Of a DNA stretch of 47,400 nt, positions 47,279-47,400 are shown piece by piece. The notes under the pieces were generated by a model that was not told where the DNA came from, did no database searches, and worked only from the letters and a program-made list of their open reading frames with translations. Both the position numbers and the translations under genes were made by a program. The DNA lies in contig KZ538169.1 of the NCBI GenBank assembly GCA_000934665.2, positions 62,001 through 109,400 of the forward strand, given 5' to 3'. Source of the DNA: Catajapyx aquilonaris. Its lineage: Eukaryota. Each line of letters begins with the position of its first letter. Position 1 is the stretch's first letter.

Positions 47279-47400
47279 CTAGCAGGATACCCGGCGTTGC
47301 TTGGGTTATGAAAGACTTTTCCATAGGAGTGACTCATTGATTTAGTAGTAACCTTTGCAATAATTATGGCTATACAATGTGGGCATACCAGTGACATGGA
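47279..47400 (-). mobile_element. Helitron-like 3' terminus (element runs off the window)
   Basis: Minus strand hairpin ACCCAAGCAACGCCGGGT followed by ATCCTG-CTAG|T. Confidence 0.5.

Overview
Repeat-rich animal (invertebrate-type) genomic DNA with very short introns (51-76 nt) and three N gaps. It is not prokaryotic. I reconstructed five spliced protein-coding genes by hand: (1) the 3' end of a Musashi-family gene (+, ends GPLIPAAFTNGYH*) followed by a probable multi-kb 3' UTR; (2) DNTTIP1 (-); (3) a + strand ankyrin gene in which each of four phase-0 exons encodes one complete capped ~140-aa ankyrin domain; (4) a convergent paralogous ankyrin gene (-); (5) a five-finger C2H2 zinc-finger gene (-) whose 3' region holds decayed extra fingers. 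The rest is a mosaic of palindromic MITEs, a ~950-bp foldback, a tRNA-derived SINE with target-site duplication, Helitron-like ends, an RTE 5' fragment and tandem arrays. Two arrays and one MITE family are built largely from transcription-factor motifs (RFX X-box; YY1 plus E-box; CRE/CCAAT/YY1/RFX). The best candidates for something new are the one-exon-one-domain ankyrin gene and these motif-built repeats. All calls come from reading the sequence; no searches were run.
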